Source: a virus
Lineage: Duplodnaviria > Caudoviricetes
Virus record (IMG/VR): IMGVR_UViG_3300019880_000002
Span: 1-55,435 of that record
Direction: 5' to 3' (one strand)
DNA: 55,435 nt
Below the pieces are notes generated by a model. That model did no database searches and had not been told where the DNA came from. It worked only from the letters and a program-made list of their open reading frames with translations. Shown one piece after another: positions 35,048 to 44,879 of this stretch. Positions within the stretch are counted from its first letter, which is position 1. The number at the start of each line of letters is the position of its first letter. Position numbers and translations under genes: made by a program.

Positions 35048-36352
35048 TTGAACATAAACGACTACATCGAATTGAAACTTACACACTCCATTCACACAAG
35101 CGAACGACTTAGTTTCCGAGGATGTCGACGCCGTCATCACTGGCTTTTTGTCGACAGATGGTACCCCCAAACGACTCCGAAGCCGCTAGAGTTCGGCTCA
35201 GCCTTTCACATGGCGATGGAAACGTTATATGATCCACTTCTATGGGGTAAGGACGCTGAGACTCGCGAGACACTAGCTCTGCTCGCATTCAAGAACAAGT
35301 GCATTGAGCAGAAGAACTACTACGTACAACAGAACAACGGACAAATTGACCCAGAGCTTGATCAGGACTTCAAAGAGCGCGTAGAGCTTGGCGAAGGAAT
35401 GCTTAGGTACCACTGCAACAAGGTCAGTCCCAAACTAGATGGGCACCTCAAACCGATCAAAGTCGAGATCGAGTTCGAGGTGCCTATTCGTGACCCTCAA
35501 GGCGAGCTTGTCTGGTGCAAGTGTGACCAGTGTTTTAAGCTTTGGGGAGGCTCCAAAGAAGGTGCTGTTCACCACGACAGGTGGCAAGAGTCTCTTGACC
35601 GCGACGTTGCTCAACAGTGGCTCGAAGATCGCATTATGGAAAGTATTTACCGCCGCAGCGTCTGGGAAGGTCTGCCGCTTACTTATGGTGGTCGCATCGA
35701 CTGTCTGATGGAAGATGATCTCGGCAAGCTTTGGATCGTCGATTGGAAGACAGCAGCAAGGTTGACCGGACAAGAAGAGGGCGATGGCCCCGACGAGTAT
35801 ATCTTGCTCGATGATCAGATCACATCCTACTGTTGGGCTCTGTGGGTGTTGGGCATCGACGTTGCCGGATTCATTCACCACGAAGTCAAGAAGGCATTTC
35901 CAGTAGAGCCTGAGCCCAATAAGCAGCAGCGCAAAGGGTGTTGGTACTCTGTCAACAAGATGCAGAACACTTCGTACGATCTCTACCTCGAGACCGTCAG
36001 TGAAGGAGATCCTGGAGGTTTAGCTAGTGGAGCGTACGATGACTTCCTCGCTTGGCTCAAAGAAGAAGGTCCAAGGTTCTACAGTCGGAAACAAGTTTTT
36101 CGTACGCCGACGGAACTGGGTCATGCAGGATATAACATCTGGCAAGAAGCGATGGACATCATCGATCCGGCCCTTCGTGTTTACCCTTCTCCTGGACGAT
36201 TCGCATGTACGTTTTGCGCTTATCGCCAACCTTGCCTTGGTACGAATCGAGACGAGGATGTGGAATACATGTTCCTTTCGAACTTTGAAAGGCGTGAACG
36301 TCGGTACTGGGAAGTCGAACCGATGAGCACGGAGAGTAAGGGCGGACGATGA
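35048..36352 (+). CDS. Cas4-like PD-(D/E)xK exonuclease
   Basis: N-terminal Cys, GRIDCL, IVDWKT, QITSY, CTFCAYRQPC. Confidence 0.9.
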   Translation: MNINDYIELKLTHSIHTSERLSFRGCRRRHHWLFVDRWYPQTTPKPLEFGSAFHMAMETLYDPLLWGKDAETRETLALLAFKNKCIEQKNYYVQQNNGQIDPELDQDFKERVELGEGMLRYHCNKVSPKLDGHLKPIKVEIEFEVPIRDPQGELVWCKCDQCFKLWGGSKEGAVHHDRWQESLDRDVAQQWLEDRIMESIYRRSVWEGLPLTYGGRIDCLMEDDLGKLWIVDWKTAARLTGQEEGDGPDEYILLDDQITSYCWALWVLGIDVAGFIHHEVKKAFPVEPEPNKQQRKGCWYSVNKMQNTSYDLYLETVSEGDPGGLASGAYDDFLAWLKEEGPRFYSRKQVFRTPTELGHAGYNIWQEAMDIIDPALRVYPSPGRFACTFCAYRQPCLGTNRDEDVEYMFLSNFERRERRYWEVEPMSTESKGGR

Positions 36353-36435
36353 ATCGCTGGGTAGTCATTGACGCAGTTGCATTTGTCCTTATTTGTGGGG
36401 GCGCTGTCTTTATCACTTTCGGCCTGTTAGGATAA
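36349..36435 (+). CDS. 28-aa single-TM peptide (not in the ORF track)
   Basis: ATGA overlap; fills the gap to the next gene. Confidence 0.45.
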   Translation: MNRWVVIDAVAFVLICGGAVFITFGLLG

Positions 36436-36436
36436 C

Positions 36437-37354
36437 ATGAGAATAATCGAAGGTCAACTTGCTAAAGTGACCGAACTCACACCTAGAACCATCGCAGGTC
36501 TGAAGCTGGAGAGAGTGGCAGATGTACCGCCGCACTTTAACCTACTCGTATACGGGAAGTCCGGTGTCGGTAAAACACGACTTGCCGGCTCAGCTTATGC
36601 TGTTCCAGAGATGCGTCGAATCCTCTACATCGACATTGAAGGTGGTGTGCTCACACTGCGGAAGGAATTCCCAGGGGTCGAGCGAGTTCGTATTACCACC
36701 TGGAAAGAGATGCAGATGGTATACGATGCCCTCTACGCTGGAGGGCACGGTTTCGCCACAGTCATTCTCGACAGTCTAACTGAGATCCAGAAGTTTAACA
36801 TGAACGAGATCATGTTGCAGCTCATCGAAGGCAAGGGCGACGAACGTGATATGGACGTCCCCAGCATTCGAGAGTGGGGAAAGAATCTCGAACAGATTCG
36901 ACGGTTCGTTCGCGCATTCCGAGATCTTCCGATGAACGTTATCTTCACAGCGTTGGAGCGAGAAGACAAGGACCGGATGAACCGTCCGATTAAGCTCCCG
37001 TCATTGAGCGGGAAGATGGCCCAGGAGGTTGCAGCCTTCTTGGACATCGTACTGTACTACAATATCAAGGAGGTGACCGAGGACGGCGAGACAAAGCAGG
37101 CCCGTATCCTGCAGTCAGCTGCTACCGAGTCAACGGTTGCAAAGGATAGGTCGGGGCTACTACCTCCTGTTCTTATCGATCCTGACATGGAACAGCTGTA
37201 CGACATCATCGTCCGACAAACGGCACTAGCCAGCCAAAAGAAAATGGCAATCGAAACCAAAGAAACTCCACCCACTCCTGAAGCAGCACCTGCAAAACCA
37301 GACATGAAAGTAACCGACGAAATGATCGCAAAAGCGATGGGAGTTAGCAAGTGA
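36437..37354 (+). CDS. AAA-family ATPase (Sak4-like recombination protein)
   Basis: YGKSGVGKT, IDIEGG, VILDSLT, AKDRSG; between exonuclease and SSB. Confidence 0.85.
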   Translation: MRIIEGQLAKVTELTPRTIAGLKLERVADVPPHFNLLVYGKSGVGKTRLAGSAYAVPEMRRILYIDIEGGVLTLRKEFPGVERVRITTWKEMQMVYDALYAGGHGFATVILDSLTEIQKFNMNEIMLQLIEGKGDERDMDVPSIREWGKNLEQIRRFVRAFRDLPMNVIFTALEREDKDRMNRPIKLPSLSGKMAQEVAAFLDIVLYYNIKEVTEDGETKQARILQSAATESTVAKDRSGLLPPVLIDPDMEQLYDIIVRQTALASQKKMAIETKETPPTPEAAPAKPDMKVTDEMIAKAMGVSK

Positions 37355-37905
37355 GTGAATACGACGAGCCGGCGTACGAGCAGGATGACGATGGTGGCCT
37401 ATATGTCAACTTCTCGGACGAGGAAGCGGCGTCTGAGTCGAGGGACATCGAGCCTCTCCCGACAGGTAAGTACCTGGTGACCATCACTGATGTCATCCTG
37501 AAGGAGTGCGGGCCGGATAGCAAGAACCCCGGCAAGGCGTACTATGCAATCGAGTTCACCGTTGGAGCTGATCGCAAGGCTGGACAGTATGTCAACCGCA
37601 AGTGCTGGACGAACGCAATGCTCTTCAACCCAGCACTGTACACCATCTCGAACCTGATGAAGGCATTCGGGCTGGTGGTTAGTCCAGGACGGATGAAGGT
37701 TCCTTCGGCTGAATGGTTCGTTGGCAAGGTCCTCATGATCGGTGGACTGTACGTCGGCGAGACCAAGGACAAGAAGGACCCCAGCAAGACCTACTCTCCG
37801 AAGTTCGAGCCGAAGGGCTTTTGGCCGGAGAGTAAGTGGGAAGAGTCGGGTGGTACTGCTACCGCCAAGAGTACTACGGGAGCCCGATCTTCTCTGTTGT
37901 CATAA
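37351..37905 (+). CDS. ssDNA-binding protein (DUF669-like)
   Basis: EPLPTGKYLVTITD...SKNPGKAY motif; context. Confidence 0.75.
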   Translation: MSEYDEPAYEQDDDGGLYVNFSDEEAASESRDIEPLPTGKYLVTITDVILKECGPDSKNPGKAYYAIEFTVGADRKAGQYVNRKCWTNAMLFNPALYTISNLMKAFGLVVSPGRMKVPSAEWFVGKVLMIGGLYVGETKDKKDPSKTYSPKFEPKGFWPESKWEESGGTATAKSTTGARSSLLS

Positions 37906-37907
37906 TG

Positions 37908-38019
37908 TACTGTAAAGAACCTCGTTAGGGTTCAGTTACAGTAGAAGACGAACCAGTACACCTTAGCGCTGCTACTGTCGGTGGGAGTAGACCGACGACC
38001 AACTGAGGTGTACTGGTTC
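37908..38019 (+). other. Two long intergenic hairpins before the primase gene
   Basis: TACTGTAA/TTACAGTA and GAACCAGTACACCTTAG/CTGAGGTGTACTGGTTC. Confidence 0.6.
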
Positions 38020-38046
38020 CTTCTTAACTGAATAGGACGGTGAGTA

Positions 38047-40317
38047 ATGACCGCACCGGCTACGCCGGAAGAACAACGCCTTCGTCAGGAAATGTTCTTC
38101 AAGCTGCTGTTCGGAACAGACGTAGAAGGGTACGTTTGTCTTGCCTACATGAATATGCTAGGTGGCAAAAAGAACTTTACGGAGGAGTTCTTCATGTACC
38201 CTGATGAGCTCCCCCGAATGATTCACAGCATAGCTCAAAACCGTTCCAGCAACAATGTGTACTTCTGTCCGCAGATACTCAAAACTAACCAACGTGCGCC
38301 TGGACAAAAGAGCGCAAGAACGAAAGACAATATCAAAGTTTGCACGGCAGCTTGGGCAGACCTTGACACATGCAATCCATCACTGCTCCTCGTTCCCCCA
38401 TCCATAAGCTTAGAAACGTCGGACAACCGATTCCACGCCCTGTGGGTGTTTGACAAGCCAGTTGCCCCCGAAATCGCTGAACAGATCAGTAAGAACATTG
38501 CATACCACCATGTCAATGATGGAGCTGACAAAGGCGGTTGGGACTTAACCCAATTACTTCGTGTACCGGCAACATTCAATCTAAAGTACCCCCTGCCCTA
38601 TGAAGTACGAATTGCGAAAATCTCACGCGATCAAGTTCTGCTTGAAGAGTTCAGCGTGTATCGTGAGTCGAGGATCAACACACTTACTCACGATCCAATG
38701 CCTGAGGTTCTTCCGACAGATACTGGAAATGACATCCTGCAGAAGTATCGTAGGTCGATCAATTCCATCGTGTTCAGCATTCATAGTCAAGTACCTGGTG
38801 ATGTAGAAGAGGAAGGTGGTTGGAGCAAACCTCTTTGGCAACTTCAAATGCTTTGCTTTGAGGCAGGAATGTCTCGAGAGGAAGTATTCATTGTAGCCTC
38901 AGATGCTGCATGCAACAAGTACAAAAGAGATGGTAAGCACCCACGCCTTTTATGGGACGAAGTATGTCGGGCGTATCTCACGACGGTTGAAAAGCTTAAC
39001 ATTCTGGTACCTGAAACGGAAAAGCAATCGCCGCTGATAACGTCCGAGGAACTTAAGTCGTTGGAGGGTTATGAAACGTTTGTAGAAAGGTACATCCAAT
39101 GGGCAAGTACCCTTGGGGACGCGGCGAAAGCATACCACCAAGCCGGCGCGCTTATGATCCTGTCCTCTTTGTTGGCTGGAACGATTCGCTTGCCGACGTC
39201 GTTCGGCGTTATCATGCCGAATCTGTGGTTCATGCTCCTAGCGGACACGACTCTGACACGAAAATCGACTGCTATGGACATAGCGATGGACATGCTGGAC
39301 GCAGTGGACGACAACGTGCTGCTCGCCACAGATGGGTCCCTCGAAGGTCTTATGCAGTCATTAGAGATACGACCAGGCAAGCCATCGATGTTCCTGCGCG
39401 ACGAGTTTTCCGGGCTTATCGAGGCCATGACCCGAAAAGACTACTACGCTGGTATGGCCGAAGCACTTACAAAACTATACGACGGCAAGACAATGAAAAG
39501 AGTACTAAAACGTGAAACAGTAACGGTTAGGGAACCATGTCTTCTAATTTTTGCAGGAGGGATCAAAACAAGGGTCCAATCACTCCTGACACTGGACCAT
39601 GTGTCTTCTGGTTTCGTTCCGAGGTTTTTGTTCTTGACTGCGGAGTCAGATGTCTCTACCTTGCAACCTTTAGGTCCACCCACCCCGGAGAACCTGGAGG
39701 GCCGACAAGAACTGATCGAGGAACTGGAAGAGCTGAGGGATAGATACATCGTCACCCATGAAGTCATTGTTAAGGGTAACGTCGTTGATATCTCCGAGGC
39801 AAGGTGGGATGCCAAGCTAACTCCTGAAGCTTGGCAAAGGTACAATCAGCTCGAAGCTACTCTGTTGTACTCAGGTGTTAATAGTGATCAACCGGACATT
39901 ATGACACCTGTGTATGACCGACTAGCCAAGTCAATCTTGAAGGTAGCCGTACTCATTGCAGCAACAAGGCCACAAGAGGAACTCGTGGTCGTCGAGATAG
40001 AAGACCTACTGCAAGCCATCATGTACGGCGAAGGCTGGAGAACATATGCTACCGAGATCGTAAATGGTATCGGGCGCTCCGCAAACGAGATTCTACTCCA
40101 GCGCGTCTTCAAGAGTATTCGAAAGCACCCTGGAATTGCTAGGTCGGTACTAATGCAATGGTACCACCTAGAAGCTAGACAAGCCGACATCATCTTTGGT
40201 ACGCTTGAACAACGAGGACTTATCCTGGCGACCAAGATGAACAGAACGTTCGTATACGAAGCAGCTGGGAGGCTGAAGTTCAATGACCCAAAAGCCCTTA
40301 GCCCTAGCCGTACTTAG
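38047..40317 (+). CDS. RepB-like primase fused to a DUF3987-type helicase domain
   Basis: WADLD, ETSDNRFHALW, LLRVP; C-terminal LTRKST, RDEFS, SGFVPRF. Confidence 0.8.
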   Translation: MTAPATPEEQRLRQEMFFKLLFGTDVEGYVCLAYMNMLGGKKNFTEEFFMYPDELPRMIHSIAQNRSSNNVYFCPQILKTNQRAPGQKSARTKDNIKVCTAAWADLDTCNPSLLLVPPSISLETSDNRFHALWVFDKPVAPEIAEQISKNIAYHHVNDGADKGGWDLTQLLRVPATFNLKYPLPYEVRIAKISRDQVLLEEFSVYRESRINTLTHDPMPEVLPTDTGNDILQKYRRSINSIVFSIHSQVPGDVEEEGGWSKPLWQLQMLCFEAGMSREEVFIVASDAACNKYKRDGKHPRLLWDEVCRAYLTTVEKLNILVPETEKQSPLITSEELKSLEGYETFVERYIQWASTLGDAAKAYHQAGALMILSSLLAGTIRLPTSFGVIMPNLWFMLLADTTLTRKSTAMDIAMDMLDAVDDNVLLATDGSLEGLMQSLEIRPGKPSMFLRDEFSGLIEAMTRKDYYAGMAEALTKLYDGKTMKRVLKRETVTVREPCLLIFAGGIKTRVQSLLTLDHVSSGFVPRFLFLTAESDVSTLQPLGPPTPENLEGRQELIEELEELRDRYIVTHEVIVKGNVVDISEARWDAKLTPEAWQRYNQLEATLLYSGVNSDQPDIMTPVYDRLAKSILKVAVLIAATRPQEELVVVEIEDLLQAIMYGEGWRTYATEIVNGIGRSANEILLQRVFKSIRKHPGIARSVLMQWYHLEARQADIIFGTLEQRGLILATKMNRTFVYEAAGRLKFNDPKALSPSRT

Positions 40318-41218
40318 CGGCGGGCTCGACTCCACTACGATGGTGTACGAGCTTATCGAACAGGGCTACCAAGTTGACTGCGTCTCGTTCAACTACGGGC
40401 AGCGTCACAAGAAGGAACTGAAGTTTGCAGCATCGACCTGTGCGATGTTGAATCTCAAGCACGACACCGTCGATCTATCGGGATTGACACACCTCATCTC
40501 GAACTCGGCACTCACCTCAGGACGTGCAGAGACTCCAAGTGAGGAGTTCAACAACGATTTCAACCAGCTTATCGACGTGCCTGAGGGTCACTACGCTGAA
40601 GATACTATGGCAGCTACAGTCGTACCAAATCGAAACATGATTATGATCTCCATCGCTGCTGGCATCGCTGTGAATCGTCAGGCGAAGACGATCGGTGTTG
40701 GAGTACATTCCGGAGACCACTTCGTCTATCCTGATTGTCGTCCGGAGTTCATCTTCGCTGCAGGGCAAGCCATCATCATGGGCAACATGGGCTTCCATAA
40801 CTTCGACATCGAGTTCGATCCTGAGGACCCTAAGTACGTGGATCTCGTTGTGCAGGGTTGGACGCGTATGGCGAAGCCTTTAACGACACCTTTCATGGAA
40901 TCGTCGAAGGCTGATATTGCCTTCAGGGCGCTCGAGCTTGGCGTTCCGCTCTTCATGACGTGGAGCTGCTATAAGGGTGGCGACAATCATTGTGGACGTT
41001 GTGGCACGTGTGTCGAGCGTCTCGAAGCAATTGACGAGGCCCAGAAGCGATGGGTTTGGGAGAAGCCAGGTATGAGTGTGCCCGTTGACCAAACGGTGTA
41101 CGATGACGAAGAGTACTGGCAGGTTGTCGTTCATGAGGCGAAGAAGGCAACTGCCGAAGAAGAAGAAGAAGAAGAAGAAGATGAAGGCTTCATGGATAAT
41201 CACTCCGAGGTATACTAA
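40283..41218 (+). CDS. queC: 7-cyano-7-deazaguanine synthase
   Basis: LSGGLDS, FNYGQRH, VPNRN, YPDCRPEF, TWSCY..HCGRCGTC. Confidence 0.97.
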   Translation: MTQKPLALAVLSGGLDSTTMVYELIEQGYQVDCVSFNYGQRHKKELKFAASTCAMLNLKHDTVDLSGLTHLISNSALTSGRAETPSEEFNNDFNQLIDVPEGHYAEDTMAATVVPNRNMIMISIAAGIAVNRQAKTIGVGVHSGDHFVYPDCRPEFIFAAGQAIIMGNMGFHNFDIEFDPEDPKYVDLVVQGWTRMAKPLTTPFMESSKADIAFRALELGVPLFMTWSCYKGGDNHCGRCGTCVERLEAIDEAQKRWVWEKPGMSVPVDQTVYDDEEYWQVVVHEAKKATAEEEEEEEEDEGFMDNHSEVY

Positions 41219-41955
41219 TGGTATGGATCAACGAGATCTTCGGACCAACAATCCAAGGTGAAGGATCCGCAGCAGGTAGACACTGCATGTTCATTCGTGT
41301 TGCGGATTGCAACCTAGAATGTTCCTGGTGTGATACAGCTTACACCTGGGCGTTCACTGCATCCAAGGCAGGCGCAACCGAAAGCGGACGGCTTTACGAT
41401 AAGGCTAGTAATCGCTACGTGATGATGTCATCTGAGGTTATTGACCGCCTACGCAAGCTATGGGATGTTAAGAGGCATCCGACCACAATCGTCATTTCTG
41501 GTGGCGAGCCTCTAATGCAGGCTCGTGACCTAGTTCCTATTATACAGGAGCTGAGCCAATGGGGTAACCAGATTCACATCGAAACGGCTGGCACACTCTT
41601 CTCACCTACCGCATTCGATTGCTGGGTAACACAATACAACGTATCGCCCAAGCTTATGAACAGTGGGAATTTACTTTCGAAGCGACGTAAAATCGAAGTG
41701 CTTCAAGACTTCGCAGAGAAGCCGCACGCATGGTTCAAGTTCGTTGTGCAGGATACTCCTGACTTTGGGGAAATCGATGAGCTAGTGGAGATGCTCAACA
41801 TCAATCCGAATCGAGTCATGGTTATGCCGGAAGGTGTAACTGCAGAAAGAAACATCGAAGTCGCACGTCGAATTGCCACACATGCTGTTAGTCGAGGCTA
41901 TGGACTTTCGTTCCGTACGCACATCCTGCTATGGGAATCTACAAGAGGGAAGTAA
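41218..41955 (+). CDS. queE: 7-carboxy-7-deazaguanine synthase (radical SAM)
   Basis: EIFGPTIQGEG, CNLECSWCDT, SGGEP, IETAG, SPKL. Confidence 0.97.
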   Translation: MVWINEIFGPTIQGEGSAAGRHCMFIRVADCNLECSWCDTAYTWAFTASKAGATESGRLYDKASNRYVMMSSEVIDRLRKLWDVKRHPTTIVISGGEPLMQARDLVPIIQELSQWGNQIHIETAGTLFSPTAFDCWVTQYNVSPKLMNSGNLLSKRRKIEVLQDFAEKPHAWFKFVVQDTPDFGEIDELVEMLNINPNRVMVMPEGVTAERNIEVARRIATHAVSRGYGLSFRTHILLWESTRGK

Positions 41956-41956
41956 A

Positions 41957-42307
41957 ATGGGAATGCATGGAAGCAACATTTTCCTGGATGATGGCCCGGG
42001 CGATAGTAGTTACCTCGCTAACACTCTGGAAGCAATTGTTCCAATCGAGTATCGTGTTGAGGTGTACAACGGATCAGCAGAGCCAGTCTTGACCCTAAGG
42101 ACGTGGGGCGGATGGAACATCGAGGGTTCATTCCTCTGTGTTCATGACGTGAATGGTTTGAAGGAAGCTCACATCATCGCCGAGGACGTGGAATACATCA
42201 AGACAGTCGAAGTTGCTGAGTACATGGCAGCCAAAGAAGACAAGCTAGCCATCATTCCTGGCGACAACAACTTCCTCAGTGCTACTGAGCAGATGGAGGT
42301 ACAGTGA
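41957..42307 (+). CDS. Hypothetical protein within the que cluster
   Basis: 116 aa, tightly coupled to queE and queD. Confidence 0.7.
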   Translation: MGMHGSNIFLDDGPGDSSYLANTLEAIVPIEYRVEVYNGSAEPVLTLRTWGGWNIEGSFLCVHDVNGLKEAHIIAEDVEYIKTVEVAEYMAAKEDKLAIIPGDNNFLSATEQMEVQ

Positions 42308-42759
42308 ATAGCTTCAGAGCAGGACTCTTCGTAAGACACAACGCGGAGATTGCACATCGTCTCTTGTTGTTGCCTGGCAAGTGTCAGCAAATCCATGGAC
42401 ACTCACTCGATGTCGAACTGAGCATCGCTGGACACATCGATGCAAATGGTATTCTAGCTGGTTTGGACTTCTCGAACGTGAAGAGTGTCTTCCGGGATTA
42501 CCTCGATACGATGTTCGACCACCAACTTCACTTGAACGCTGATGATCCATGGGCAAACATCCTGCATGCAGAAGATGGCGATGTAATGCTGATCAATACG
42601 ATGGGAGGGCTGCCAGGTCTTCGTACATGGCCTGGAGATCCAACCACTGAAAACTTCGCAAAGTGGATGTGTGAACACATGCACGAGAAGTTCGGATTGC
42701 CTGTCAAGATCGCCATCATCGAAACCCAAAGCAACGGTGCAGAATACGAGTTGGGATAA
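42304..42759 (+). CDS. queD: 6-carboxy-5,6,7,8-tetrahydropterin synthase
   Basis: AHRL, CQQIHGHS, DF, FDH, PTTENFA, ET. Confidence 0.95.
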   Translation: MNSFRAGLFVRHNAEIAHRLLLLPGKCQQIHGHSLDVELSIAGHIDANGILAGLDFSNVKSVFRDYLDTMFDHQLHLNADDPWANILHAEDGDVMLINTMGGLPGLRTWPGDPTTENFAKWMCEHMHEKFGLPVKIAIIETQSNGAEYELG

Positions 42760-43094
42760 TGGCCAAGAGAAATGGAAAGCAAAGTCGATTCTCACTTAGT
42801 GATCGACTTGCATCGATGGCCGAAAAGGCTGAAATCCGGCGCATGAAGAAGGAAGGCGCTAGCAGGGAAGAGATTGCACAAGAGCACCGATGGACGCCAG
42901 TACCTAACCGTAAGCACCTCCGAAGTGTGGGCATCAACATCACTCACTCAGCTTCGATGTACGGACGGCTTGTTCGCTACCGTCTTACTCCATGTTCCCT
43001 CCAAACGTCCGTTGCGATCCACACCATAGGATCTGATGGCAATACCAAGAAGTTCATTGTGCCTCGTGATCGATACGAAAACAAGGACGCCTAA
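42759..43094 (+). CDS. Hypothetical basic protein within the que cluster
   Basis: TAATG overlaps on both sides. Confidence 0.7.
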   Translation: MAKRNGKQSRFSLSDRLASMAEKAEIRRMKKEGASREEIAQEHRWTPVPNRKHLRSVGINITHSASMYGRLVRYRLTPCSLQTSVAIHTIGSDGNTKKFIVPRDRYENKDA

Positions 43095-43756
43095 TGCCAG
43101 GCGAGTCTGTAGTACCAGAAGAGTTCAAGGATATATTGAAAAGGCTTGGTGCAGATCTAGTGAAGCAGAATCCTAACATGTTAGGCTTCAAAGCCTTGGC
43201 CGATCCGGAGAAGGAGTCGATCGAAGCTGCAGAGGTTCTTCTTCGTACTGCAGCTGGCCTCGACGTGAATGACATGCATGGCAAGGACACACCAACGCGC
43301 TTCGTTCACATGTTGAAGGAGCTTACAGAGCCTCTTCCGATCAAGTGGAAGACGTTCCCGAACGATGGAATGGACGAGATGATCATCGTCCGCAACATTC
43401 CATTCGTTTCACTTTGTAATCACCACGTCATTCCTTTCATTGGAAAGGCTGACATCGGCTACGTTCCGGACGAGTCTGTAGCAGGCTTGAGCAAGTTTGC
43501 CCGAGTCGTACACCACTTCTCCAAGGCACTTCAAGTTCAAGAACGACTGACACAACAGATTGCCAACTTCCTTGAAGAGAACCTCAAGCCTAGAGGGGTA
43601 GCTGTTGTTATGGAAGCCGAACACCTCTGTATGACGATTCGAGGTGTACAGACACCAGGTACTAAAACGTATACGGCAGTCATGTCTGGTGTATACAATG
43701 ATCACGCTCGTACTGCAAAAGCCGAGTTTTTGGCAAGGCTGAATGGCGGACACTAA
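43094..43756 (+). CDS. folE: GTP cyclohydrolase I
   Basis: TPTR, SLCNHH, GLSKFAR, QVQERLT, HLCMTIRG. Confidence 0.97.
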   Translation: MPGESVVPEEFKDILKRLGADLVKQNPNMLGFKALADPEKESIEAAEVLLRTAAGLDVNDMHGKDTPTRFVHMLKELTEPLPIKWKTFPNDGMDEMIIVRNIPFVSLCNHHVIPFIGKADIGYVPDESVAGLSKFARVVHHFSKALQVQERLTQQIANFLEENLKPRGVAVVMEAEHLCMTIRGVQTPGTKTYTAVMSGVYNDHARTAKAEFLARLNGGH

Positions 43757-44124
43757 TGCCTGACATAACTGACGACTTCAAGCGGCAGGCTGACGAAGAG
43801 CACATGACCATTCGTGGATCGGCTAAGGCTGAAGAAGCAGCACTGTCCTTCGCACAAATAATCGCAGACCTAAGCGTTGAGTATGACGAGATGTCTATAA
43901 CTCGTCATGGTCTAGGCGCAGAGAAGTATGGTCCAGGAAAGTTCCTGGTCGTCGATACCATCCAGGAAGCACTAGAAGAGATTGTCGACCTTGGTAACTA
44001 CGTAAGGTACACCTTCATCAAGCTCCGACTCCTCCAGGAATCCATTGCACAGTCCTTGCCACCGGAAGGACTTGAGACAGGATTCATCAAGGCCAAGACG
44101 GCCACGTCAGTAAAGGAAAAGTAG
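43756..44124 (+). CDS. MazG-like all-alpha NTP pyrophosphatase
   Basis: GAEKYG...EALEEIVDLGNY (ExxEExxD) motif. Confidence 0.65.
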   Translation: MPDITDDFKRQADEEHMTIRGSAKAEEAALSFAQIIADLSVEYDEMSITRHGLGAEKYGPGKFLVVDTIQEALEEIVDLGNYVRYTFIKLRLLQESIAQSLPPEGLETGFIKAKTATSVKEK

Positions 44125-44879
44125 TGCGTGCAGCTTTAATTCCCCCGAAAGGCTTTGAGCATACGGCACTCGAGAGTGACATCCACCTCGTGCTACCACT
44201 TCCCCCACTGCTCAAGCGTCCAGACTACATTCGGACGTACGTCGAAGCTCGTAAGCGAGGCGACTACGTCATCCTCGACAATGGATGTGCTGAAGGTCAG
44301 CTCGTTGAAGGCAAGACGCTTCTGGACTTTGCCAAGATAATCAAGGCGCACGAGATTGTCGCTCCCGACATTATGGGCAACGCTGCACAGACGTTGGAAG
44401 CGACAAACATGTTCCTGGATGAGAACCCAGAGGCAGCTGACTACAACATCATGGCTGTACTCCAAGGTGAAACTCCAAACGAGATCCAATTCCTTCTCGA
44501 TCAGTTTGCCAAGCGTGACGAGATCGTTACCATCGGAGTACCGAAGGTACACGTCCAAAAGGCTGACACACCGATCCGTCGAGACATAGTCACAATGATT
44601 CACAGGCATTACCCAGGCAGGTTCCAGATTCACTTGCTCGGACTCAGCAATCAGTTCGCTGACGAAATGCTGGCAATCAAGTTCGATCCAGGCACCGTCC
44701 GCTCGATGGATTCCGCCCAGCCTTACAAGATCACTGAACGTGGCTGGTACATGTCAGCTACCTTTGCTGCTTCAGTAAGGCGGACTGGATACTTCACTTA
44801 CAAGAAGGAGGTCGATCTCAAACTACTGTCTGCGAACATCGCTACGTTCAAGGAATGGGCTGCGAGGCATGAAAGCTGA
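44124..44879 (+). CDS. TGT-fold (DpdA-like) deazaguanine transglycosylase candidate
   Basis: ILDNG, APD, VLQG, IHLLG and RSMDS motifs of the TGT TIM barrel; at the end of the que cluster. Confidence 0.7.
   Translation: MRAALIPPKGFEHTALESDIHLVLPLPPLLKRPDYIRTYVEARKRGDYVILDNGCAEGQLVEGKTLLDFAKIIKAHEIVAPDIMGNAAQTLEATNMFLDENPEAADYNIMAVLQGETPNEIQFLLDQFAKRDEIVTIGVPKVHVQKADTPIRRDIVTMIHRHYPGRFQIHLLGLSNQFADEMLAIKFDPGTVRSMDSAQPYKITERGWYMSATFAASVRRTGYFTYKKEVDLKLLSANIATFKEWAARHES

Noticed and set aside
35048-36352. CRISPR-Cas system suggested by the Cas4-like gene
   Set aside because: No regularly spaced repeat-spacer array or other cas genes; it sits in the usual exonuclease-ATPase-SSB recombination module
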